Origin: Staphylothermus marinus F1
Lineage (GTDB): Archaea; Thermoproteota; Thermoprotei_A; Sulfolobales; Desulfurococcaceae
DNA length: 32,000 nucleotides
Direction: 5' to 3'
Assembly (NCBI RefSeq): GCF_000015945.1
Contig: NC_009033.1
Location: forward strand, 450,001 to 482,000
Positions 25,299-32,000 of the stretch are shown piece by piece. The translations under genes and the position numbers were made by a program. A model generated the notes under the pieces. The model saw nothing but the letters and a program-made list of their open reading frames with translations, was not told the origin of the DNA and ran no database searches. Every line of letters starts with the position of its first letter. The stretch's first letter is position 1.

Positions 25299-26330
25299 TT
25301 ATAATGGCTCAATATATCCCTTATATTCTCTGCCGCCAACAAGTATTCTATACTTATCCTCTAATTGATCATGTTGTAATAAACCACTAATAATTACCCA
25401 GCCACCATCAAATAGTTTACCAATATATAATGCATCAAAAGATAAAACATATTCAATATCGCCACGTAGTTTCTTAGTGTTTTTCAATACATAATATTTA
25501 TCTATATTTGATTTTGATGGATAATTTAAAGCATCTAATCCACCTGCTAGGCACGCTTTTACTTTTATATGCCCCATTGTTCTCCATGCTTTACATGTAT
25601 CTAGATGTTTGTAAACACCGTTATTGTATATTATTGAATAATCTCTTCCCATAAATGATCCTCTACGCCATCTACGATATAGTTTCTCCACTTTGCTAAG
25701 GGGTAATCCCGAGGATTCCGCATTGCTATAGATCCACTTTTTCAACCTCTCCCCTGTAAAACCTGGAAACAAATCTTTGTTTTCATTGATAAATTCTATT
25801 ATGTTTAGAGATTCTTTCCAACCATAAACGATCATGTCTATATCGCTGAAAACGGGATTATGTATTCTGATAAGGAGTGAGCCTGTTACTCCTAAAGCAT
25901 TTCTATTTATGGATAAATATAGTATGCTAGATAGATTAGCTGTTAACTCCTCCAATTTATCCCGAGGCGAAGAAATTATTTCGTTCAACCTATTTATTGG
26001 ATTAAATATTTTCATAATGCTTGATCTAGGAATGACTGGGATATAGGAGTCGTAGCAGGGGATATATGTTTTCCAAGGAGTTGCATCATATACTTTTCTA
26101 GGCGAATAATAATTGACTATTCTATCATAGTATCCTAGATTATTTCTCCAAATACTATTCTTGCCTAAACAATATTTTACATATCCGATTAAATAACTAT
26201 TTGAATGCATATTTCCCACTACGACAGCGTAGCAATAGTTTTTGAGAAACACGTAGAAATGGTCAAGCGTTACTGATTGTTCTTCTAGCAACTCTTCTGC
26301 CATCACCGATGACCCAATATTCGCCGTCAT
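25299..26330 (-). CDS. Pol-beta-superfamily nucleotidyltransferase with an N-terminal extension and a C-terminal OB-like region
   Basis: Minimal NTase signature LGVTGSLLIRIHNPVFSDIDMIVYG (G-S x11 D-x-D). The C-terminal strand-rich part, GHIKVKACLAGG...EYVLSFDALYIGKLFDGGWVIISGLL, looks OB-like. ATG 26330 (alternative ATG 26303) overlaps the moaE 3' end by 68 (41) nt. Confidence 0.65.
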   Translation of the reverse strand: MTANIGSSVMAEELLEEQSVTLDHFYVFLKNYCYAVVVGNMHSNSYLIGYVKYCLGKNSIWRNNLGYYDRIVNYYSPRKVYDATPWKTYIPCYDSYIPVIPRSSIMKIFNPINRLNEIISSPRDKLEELTANLSSILYLSINRNALGVTGSLLIRIHNPVFSDIDMIVYGWKESLNIIEFINENKDLFPGFTGERLKKWIYSNAESSGLPLSKVEKLYRRWRRGSFMGRDYSIIYNNGVYKHLDTCKAWRTMGHIKVKACLAGGLDALNYPSKSNIDKYYVLKNTKKLRGDIEYVLSFDALYIGKLFDGGWVIISGLLQHDQLEDKYRILVGGREYKGYIEPL

Positions 26331-26727
26331 CTCTTTTTTCGAGCTTGAAGATCGGGGCCTCGTGTTTTATTCTTTCCAGAATCTCTGATGATCCTTTGAA
26401 AGCTTTCTTCCTAGTATTAGCTGATACGAAGATATAAATAGTTGGATCTCCTGGTTTGAGATTACCTATTCTGTGAATAACTATTGCACCCAATAGATCA
26501 TTTCTGCTGACTTCTTCCATAACTATCTTTTTCAAAACCTCCTCCGCATATGGTTGATAAGCAGTATATTGCAATTCGTAAACTCTATGATCATCAACTA
26601 TTCCTTTCACATATCCTATAAACGAAACTATAGCTCCTCCAAGACCTTTTGTATGTTCTATTAGCTCATTAACTATTGAATTAACATCAATTATTGACTC
26701 TGTTAATCCAACACGTATATATGGCAT
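26263..26727 (-). CDS. moaE: Molybdopterin synthase catalytic subunit MoaE
   Basis: GAIVSFIGYVKG, LQYTAYQPYAEEVLKKI, IVIHRIGNLKPGDPTIYIFVSANTRKKAF, IKHEAPIFKLE. This is the typical MoaE layout. Confidence 0.85.
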   Translation of the reverse strand: MPYIRVGLTESIIDVNSIVNELIEHTKGLGGAIVSFIGYVKGIVDDHRVYELQYTAYQPYAEEVLKKIVMEEVSRNDLLGAIVIHRIGNLKPGDPTIYIFVSANTRKKAFKGSSEILERIKHEAPIFKLEKRDDGEYWVIGDGRRVARRTISNA

Positions 26728-26729
26728 AT

Positions 26730-26981
26730 TTACCCACCAGATGCAGGAGGAATTATTGCTACTTCATCATTCTCCTTCAATACATATTCTTCACTCACAG
26801 ATTTACCGTTGACTAAAATAATTACTGGGATTTGTTTAATGGTTTCTGCAAATACTTTATTATTCTTCTTAAGATGATCAATAAGATCCTTAACACTTAT
26901 TCTACCATCAATATTCAAAATTTCTTCTCTCCCAAAAATATCGCTGAATATAGAGAAAGCTCTTAGCTTAACTGTAACCAT
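26730..26981 (-). CDS. moaD: MoaD/ThiS-family ubiquitin-like sulfur carrier (C-terminal GG)
   Basis: 83 aa beta-grasp-like sequence ending IIPPASGG. It lies 2 nt upstream of moaE. Confidence 0.85.
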   Translation of the reverse strand: MVTVKLRAFSIFSDIFGREEILNIDGRISVKDLIDHLKKNNKVFAETIKQIPVIILVNGKSVSEEYVLKENDEVAIIPPASGG

Positions 26982-27067
26982 TATATCACCAATGCAGTAT
27001 TGTAATATATCTTGTAGATTTTTATCTAATTTATCGGTTGATTAAGTTATCTCATAGGTGTGAATGA

Positions 27068-27739
27068 ATGACTGGGGAGAAACTAGTTGTATTTGATATT
27101 GATGGTGTATTAGTTGATAGTTATTCAGGAATTCCAGTATTCTATGAGAAAATACTTCCAGATATGTTTGGTATCGATGAGGAATATGCTCGTTTCCTCC
27201 TATATATGGAATACATATATGATCAAGCAGGCATGCTACGTGAAGAATGGTGGCCGAAATATCTTGAAATAGATGAACAAATACTTAGCTATCTCCTAGC
27301 TAAGTATTGGGAGGTAAGAATTGAGACAAGCAAGTTGGAACCAGGAGCCGGAAATGTCTTGAAGAACTTGAAGAGTAAAGGATGGATTATTGGTAGTGTG
27401 AGTTATAGAGACGATATTTATGGTTTGAAATTGTGGAGGATAAAGGATTTGGGGCTATATGATTTTTTCGAAGACATAATAGTTGTTGGTGAAGACATAT
27501 CATCGAGAATAGAGGGTATCAAGATCCTGACTAGAAAATATAATCCAAAAACAATAGTGTATGTAGACGATAAAATCCAAAATCTATATAGGATCTTGGG
27601 GAAGCTGGAAAATATAGTATTGGTATGGTATAAATATTCATGGATTAATGGATTACTAGAAAAACATATTAATTCCTCCAAGATCTATATGGTTTATAAT
27701 ATGTATGAGCTAGAAAAATTACTGGATGGGATCAGCTGA
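27068..27739 (+). CDS. HAD-superfamily hydrolase
   Basis: Motif I VVFDIDGVLVDS, motif II IGSVSYR, motif IV VYVDDK. An alpha-helical cap lies between motifs I and II. Confidence 0.8.
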   Translation: MTGEKLVVFDIDGVLVDSYSGIPVFYEKILPDMFGIDEEYARFLLYMEYIYDQAGMLREEWWPKYLEIDEQILSYLLAKYWEVRIETSKLEPGAGNVLKNLKSKGWIIGSVSYRDDIYGLKLWRIKDLGLYDFFEDIIVVGEDISSRIEGIKILTRKYNPKTIVYVDDKIQNLYRILGKLENIVLVWYKYSWINGLLEKHINSSKIYMVYNMYELEKLLDGIS

Positions 27740-27742
27740 ATT

Positions 27743-28918
27743 CTACACAGGTTCAGGTTCAGGTACTTCTTTTAATTGTTCTAGTACATAGTTTCTAATT
27801 TCTTGAATACTAGGTAGTTTTTCTACTAATTTGCCGTTGTCTATGTATTTTTTGAGTAATGGTTTATATTCTGGTGAGGGAGGGGTGCTTCTATTTAGTA
27901 ATCCTATATAGTCGTTTAGACCTGGTCTTTTACGATATAATTGTTTAGCTCCTGGTAGTTTTCCACGTTTCGAGATAGGGATCCATTCACCATTATCATA
28001 TATTTCAACAATATCTGCACTTATATCTATGTTTTTCGGGAAAGCTATGGATGTCCCTATACCGAATGAATCAACTATATCTCTCAATTCTATAAGTTCT
28101 TTCTCGCCTATACCACCGCTAACAATTATTTTGACATGTTTGTAACCATTAATGTCTAGTGTCCATCTTACTTCTTCAACAATTTTTCTCATATTTCCTC
28201 TTCTACTACTAGGGGTGTCTAATCTTACCCCATATAGTTTCTTGCCGAGAGTTTTAGCTGCCAGTAATGACTCCATTTTTTCGTCGCAGAAAGTATCTAC
28301 AAGCATTATTCTAGGAACATCTTCCTCTACAACTTCGTCAAATGCTTTCCAAGCCTTTACTTGGTCACCAAATAATATTATTAATGCGTGAGGCATTGTT
28401 CCAACAGGTTTTAATCCAAGATATTTCTCGCTTATAGTTCCCGATACAGCGTCTAAGCCTCCAATATATGCTGCTCGATCAGCCATGGGTGCTAGTGCTG
28501 GGTGAAGAGCTCTTAATCCAAAGAATAATAGTGTCTTATTCATTGCTAACCTCTTCATACGAGCGGCCTTGGTAGCAATACTTGTATAGTGCCTCATAAT
28601 TCCGAGAAGAGGTGTCTCATAAACTGCTATGTCGTCATAGTAGCCTTCAATAATTAAGAGGGGCTCTCCAGGTTTGAATAATGTGCCTTCAGGCAAACTA
28701 TACACTGTGACAGGCTTATCTTTTAAAACATACAAGATCTCTTCTAGACCAGCATAAACAGCCCACTCATATCCTTTGGGGAGACTGGTTGTATGGAATT
28801 CCATTCTAACTTTTCTACGAATACCTTTCTCTCTGAGAATCCTTGTTGTTCTAACAAAATATATATCGGTTACAGCACCTTCTATGATCTCCTTATCACT
28901 TGCAACATATAGTCTCAT
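27743..28918 (-). CDS. pncB: Nicotinate phosphoribosyltransferase (archaeal type II PRTase family)
   Basis: [91 protein letters not shown] 28918 is preferred over TTG 28933. Confidence 0.85.
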   Translation of the reverse strand: MRLYVASDKEIIEGAVTDIYFVRTTRILREKGIRRKVRMEFHTTSLPKGYEWAVYAGLEEILYVLKDKPVTVYSLPEGTLFKPGEPLLIIEGYYDDIAVYETPLLGIMRHYTSIATKAARMKRLAMNKTLLFFGLRALHPALAPMADRAAYIGGLDAVSGTISEKYLGLKPVGTMPHALIILFGDQVKAWKAFDEVVEEDVPRIMLVDTFCDEKMESLLAAKTLGKKLYGVRLDTPSSRRGNMRKIVEEVRWTLDINGYKHVKIIVSGGIGEKELIELRDIVDSFGIGTSIAFPKNIDISADIVEIYDNGEWIPISKRGKLPGAKQLYRKRPGLNDYIGLLNRSTPPSPEYKPLLKKYIDNGKLVEKLPSIQEIRNYVLEQLKEVPEPEPV

Positions 28919-28922
28919 AGTT

Positions 28923-29339
28923 TTACTCACCAATAACAGTTACAATAACGTGTCTACGAGATCTGGGGCCATCCATTTCTACGAGGAAAATATTTTGCCA
29001 AGTACCCCTAACTAGTCTACCATTAATAACTGGAAAAACCCGATCAGCCCCTATTAGAGCTGAGCCTATGTGTGCATGTGCATTATCATCTATGAGATTG
29101 TGTTTCCACTTAGAACTACCGGGTTCTGTTAACTCTTTGATCTTAGTAATTATATCCTCCATTAAACCTGATTCATGCTCATTAGCTATAATTGCCGCTG
29201 TAGCATGGGGTGCGAAGACGAGAACCATTCCATTCTTAACACCACTATCTTCAACAATTTTTTCAACTTCATAAGTAATATCTATTAATTGAAACTTCTT
29301 ATTAGTGGATAGAACTATTTCACGTGTATAAACTTTCAA
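28923..29339 (-). CDS. yjbQ: YjbQ/UPF0047-family protein (secondary thiamine-phosphate synthase-like)
   Basis: [64 protein letters not shown]. Confidence 0.85.
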   Translation of the reverse strand: MKVYTREIVLSTNKKFQLIDITYEVEKIVEDSGVKNGMVLVFAPHATAAIIANEHESGLMEDIITKIKELTEPGSSKWKHNLIDDNAHAHIGSALIGADRVFPVINGRLVRGTWQNIFLVEMDGPRSRRHVIVTVIGE

Positions 29340-29418
29340 TATAACCTACCCCTTCGAGGGCTCTATTGATTGTGTAATGTATTATGAGTAATTTATATCC
29401 TTCTAATAAAGATATAGA

Positions 29419-30123
29419 TCACTGTTCTTCGTAGACTGGTTTATAATTAATAGTTATCTCGCCGGTTATGTGATCTATAAATATGTTTTTGAGAACAAGC
29501 TTTAATGGAGATTCGAGAAAATCTTCAATAAGTGAAGTCTTGTTTAATCCAATGATTAATGGAGAGATCGATAAATACAGTTCGTCGATCAATTTGTTTT
29601 TGAGAAGGGAGGCTAATAATTGTCCTCCACCCTCTATAAGTATTTTTCTAATATAGAATTCTCTATATAGTTTCTCAACTGCTTTTCTAAGATCGAGTTT
29701 TGAGGGGTCATTTTTATCTGTGTCGATAAATAGTACTTTTACGCCCTTCGATGTGAATCTCTTAATTATTTCTCTATCCTTATTACTAATGCTTGTGATA
29801 AGTATTGTTGGAGCATATTTTGTATTAAACACTTTATATTTAGGCGTTACTCTTAGCTTACCATCAATCACTATTCTATATGGTTGTTTGCCCTTATAGC
29901 CTGGTAAACGTATTGTTAGTAATGGGTCATCTATTATAACAGTATTAGCACCAACCATTACAGCATCTACAATTGATCTAAAATAATGTAGTCTGTAAAG
30001 GTCTCTATCACTACTTAACTTGTATTTTTTACCCTTAACAGATAATCCTCCATCAACACTAATCGTTGAAAACACCAATACATATGGTCTCTCCAATTTC
30101 AAATAGACACCATACATTCTCAT
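29419..30123 (-). CDS. arfC: 2,5-diamino-6-(ribosylamino)-4(3H)-pyrimidinone 5'-phosphate reductase (RibD C-terminal-type, archaeal riboflavin pathway)
   Basis: PYVLVFSTISVDGGLS, HYFRSIVDAVMVGANTVIIDDPLLTIR, PYRIVIDGKLRV, ILIEGGGQLLASLLKNKLIDELYLSISPLIIG. Confidence 0.8.
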   Translation of the reverse strand: MRMYGVYLKLERPYVLVFSTISVDGGLSVKGKKYKLSSDRDLYRLHYFRSIVDAVMVGANTVIIDDPLLTIRLPGYKGKQPYRIVIDGKLRVTPKYKVFNTKYAPTILITSISNKDREIIKRFTSKGVKVLFIDTDKNDPSKLDLRKAVEKLYREFYIRKILIEGGGQLLASLLKNKLIDELYLSISPLIIGLNKTSLIEDFLESPLKLVLKNIFIDHITGEITINYKPVYEEQ

Positions 30124-30204
30124 ATTGCTTAATCAATCAAAAATATTAAGACATATAGAAAATAAAGGTATAATGAACTAATCGGTTGAGAGGTGATATT
30201 CTAT

Positions 30205-30768
30205 ATGAGTAGATGGGATGATTATAATAAACGGCGTAGAAGAGGATTCTTCGACATATTTGATGAAATATTCAGGCAAATGGAAGAGGAAATGAATAGG
30301 TTACTGCGAGAATTCGAAACATTGGAGACTAGAGGATTTATAGAAGAACTCGGCCCAACAAGAAGATTAGGTCCTTACGTTTATGGTTTTAGAATAACAA
30401 TAGGCCCAGACGGTAAACCAGTAATTGAAGAATTCGGTAATGTCAAAAAGGTTGAAGGTAAAAAAATGATTAGTGAAGAAAGAGAGCCCCTCGTAGACGT
30501 ATTCGAGCATGAAGACAATATAACTATTGTTGCAGAGCTTCCAGGAGTAGAAAAAGATAAGATTAAGCTAGAAGTAAGCGATGATAAGAGGAAGCTTATT
30601 ATAAGAGCAAGCGATACAAACAGGAAATACTATAAAGAAGTAGAGTTACCGGCAGAGGTTGATCCTAAGTCGGCAAAGGCTACATATAAGAATGGAGTAT
30701 TAGAAGTAGTATTGAAGAAGATCAAAACATCAGAGAAAAAGAAGGGTTATGAGATAAAAGTAGAGTAA
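30205..30768 (+). CDS. hsp20: Small heat-shock protein, Hsp20/alpha-crystallin family
   Basis: Alpha-crystallin domain PLVDVFEHEDNITIVAELPGVEKDKIKLEVSDDKRKLIIRAS...YKEVELPAEVDPKSAKATYKNGVLEVVLKK. GAGAGGTGA upstream of ATG 30205. Confidence 0.88.
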   Translation: MSRWDDYNKRRRRGFFDIFDEIFRQMEEEMNRLLREFETLETRGFIEELGPTRRLGPYVYGFRITIGPDGKPVIEEFGNVKKVEGKKMISEEREPLVDVFEHEDNITIVAELPGVEKDKIKLEVSDDKRKLIIRASDTNRKYYKEVELPAEVDPKSAKATYKNGVLEVVLKKIKTSEKKKGYEIKVE

Positions 30769-30812
30769 ATTCTTCTTACCTAATCAATAGTTTTTCTGGA
30801 GGAACACGTAAT

Positions 30813-31328
30813 ATGTTGATCGGTGTTATGAGCGATAGCCATGATAATATCTATGCCGTGGATAAAGCATTAAACAAATTCATAGATCACCGTGTCGATG
30901 CAATCATTCATTTAGGAGACATCATTTCTCCCTTCGTTGTTAGGAGAATGAAGAATATATTGAAAGATATCAAGGTATACGGTGTTCTCGGAAACAATGA
31001 TGGTGACATATACTTGTTAAGCAAATTATTTTCTGTTAATGGATGGGAATTATATAGCGGTCCATCCATTATTAATCTTGGCAATAGAAACCTTCTAGTA
31101 ATGCATGGATATGATGGAATAGAGCATACTGTAAAAATTGCTAAATCCCTACTCAGCATCGAAGGGATAGATGCTGTATTATTCGGACATACTCATAGAG
31201 TACTGGTTCAACATATTAATAATAAGCTTCTATTAAACCCTGGAGAAACATGTGGTTACTTAACGGGTAAGTCAACAATAGCACTTTTGGATACAAAGGA
31301 TTTATCTGTTGAAGTGCTAGAAATATGA
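30813..31328 (+). CDS. YfcE/MJ0936-family metallophosphoesterase (ligands intact)
   Basis: IGVMSDSHDN, IIHLGDIIS, VLGNNDG, VMHGY, LFGHTHR, LLLNPGE. GGAGG upstream. Confidence 0.85.
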   Translation: MLIGVMSDSHDNIYAVDKALNKFIDHRVDAIIHLGDIISPFVVRRMKNILKDIKVYGVLGNNDGDIYLLSKLFSVNGWELYSGPSIINLGNRNLLVMHGYDGIEHTVKIAKSLLSIEGIDAVLFGHTHRVLVQHINNKLLLNPGETCGYLTGKSTIALLDTKDLSVEVLEI

Positions 31329-31618
31329 ACAACTTTTCTGGAGAGAAGTCTTTCTGGAAAATACGTGTATCTAAACATGCTGTGCATAGAATGAAGGAGA
31401 GAAGAATTAGTTTAGAAGATATATACGATACTATTAATGATCCATACATGTATTTCTATGATTCCTGGAACGACTTATACTTAGCCGTTAATATTAGAGG
31501 ATATGCTGTTGTATATGCATTTCACGGCAACATTGTAGAGATAGTTACTGTTCTTGGTAAAAGAGAATTTGAAGCATTACTTTCAAAATACGGGAAAAGT
31601 AGATATAAACACTTATAA
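31325..31618 (+). CDS. Small DUF4258-like protein
   Basis: ATGA overlap with the phosphoesterase gene (31325-31328). IRVSKHAVHRMKERRISLEDIYDTINDP matches the HA..RM.eRgI.....v pattern of DUF4258. Confidence 0.6.
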   Translation: MNNFSGEKSFWKIRVSKHAVHRMKERRISLEDIYDTINDPYMYFYDSWNDLYLAVNIRGYAVVYAFHGNIVEIVTVLGKREFEALLSKYGKSRYKHL

Positions 31619-31650
31619 ATATAACACAATATAATGTAATTATCTATACA

Positions 31651-31846
31651 ATGTTTTTGCCCAAAATCCCCCTTCTTCGATCGCTCCACGTAGAGCGCTT
31701 TGAGCCCTTCATTTGTATTTCCTGGCCCATACATATCATAGATGGTGTTGTGAAGTAAAACCCTAAATAAGAACAAAGAGTGTTCCAAATCATCAACTAT
31801 ACAGCTTTCAAAATAATCATAGTATCTGAGTAAACAAATAGTCTTT
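31651..31846 (+). repeat. Copy B (diverged, partly deleted) of the element inserted at 23772-24007, in inverted orientation
   Basis: Exact 15-mer CTTTGAGCCCTTCAT at 31698-31712 equals the reverse complement of 23889-23903. In my hand alignment, about 41 of 52 positions are identical across 31683-31738 versus rc 23865-23918. Further shared blocks: CCCCCT(T)CTT, CCATACAT, CAAAA(T/C)AATCATAGT, AA(A/G)CAAATAGTCT. Confidence 0.6.
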
Positions 31847-31889
31847 ATATTTAGAACCTTATAGAAAAAATATTGTAGGTGATGTTTTC

Positions 31890-32000
31890 TTGGAAAGAGG
31901 TAAGAGACTCAGTAGTGCCAGTGCTCCTGTTGATGAATCTGGTCGTGTATATCATTTAGGTGTTAAGCCTGGTGATGTGAGTAAATATGTTTTATTACCC
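31890..32000 (+). CDS. Nucleoside phosphorylase, PNP/UDP family (uridine phosphorylase-like). N-terminal fragment; continues past the window.
   Basis: The open frame reads LERGKRLSSASAPVDESGRVYHLGVKPGDVSKYVLLP, which matches the N-terminal YHLG..pGD....vLLPGDP block. TTG 31890 is preceded by AGGTGA. The start codon is uncertain. Confidence 0.55.
   Translation, partial: MERGKRLSSASAPVDESGRVYHLGVKPGDVSKYVLLP

Noticed and set aside
29346-29360. Short palindrome CCCTTCGAGGG between yjbQ and arfC as a terminator or regulatory hairpin
   Set aside because: The stem is only 3-4 bp with essentially no loop, which is too small to be meaningful.
31522-31788. 88-aa minus-strand ORF whose middle (DDLEHSLFLF...NEGLKALYVERSKKGDFGQKH) vaguely resembles the N-terminal half of a HEPN domain; the same reading exists, with stops, in copy A
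   Set aside because: There is no ATG or GTG start in the extended open frame. The C-terminal half is Cys/Tyr-rich nonsense overlapping the DUF4258 gene by ~96 nt. The other strand of both copies translates to similarly related peptides (FEPFICI...), so the similarity is at nucleotide level and not evidence of selection on a protein. I kept it only as a repeat.

Overview
This is a visibly AT-rich archaeal chromosome segment. The gene content looks like a hyperthermophilic crenarchaeon (Desulfurococcales/Sulfolobales-like): archaeal-type DtdA, Taw3, ArfC, ADP-forming acetyl-CoA synthetase alpha, ThiI and Hsp20. The taxon is inferred, not proven. About 35 tightly packed CDS lie on both strands, with many 1-4 nt start/stop overlaps. 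I found no rRNA, tRNA or CRISPR array.

Main content:
1. A 1701-aa membrane-anchored S8 subtilase, rich in N-glycosylation sequons, with an expanded catalytic domain and seven tandem Ig-like repeats.
2. A small Cys-motif peptide translationally coupled to a YkgJ-type Cys-rich protein.
3. A six-gene translationally coupled operon: DUF4129-like, DUF4350-like, MoxR AAA+, DUF58 and two membrane proteins.
4. A tRNA-centred neighbourhood (dtdA, taw3, thiI, Trbp111-like).
5. A Hef/RIG-I-like SF2 helicase abutting, with 0 nt spacing, a degenerate Sir2/SIR2_2-like protein. This is my best candidate for an undescribed two-gene system.
6. A minus-strand string: moaD, moaE, a Pol-beta-type nucleotidyltransferase, a metallophosphoesterase-like protein lacking all metal ligands, and an EndoIV-like TIM-barrel pseudogene.
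7. The pseudogene carries three -1 frameshifts and a ~236-bp insertion with a ~100-nt, ~60% GC triple-hairpin island.
8. A second, diverged, inverted copy of that inserted sequence lies about 7.6 kb away, so the two copies bracket 24.0-31.6 kb.

All family assignments come from motif recognition by eye. None has been checked by database search.
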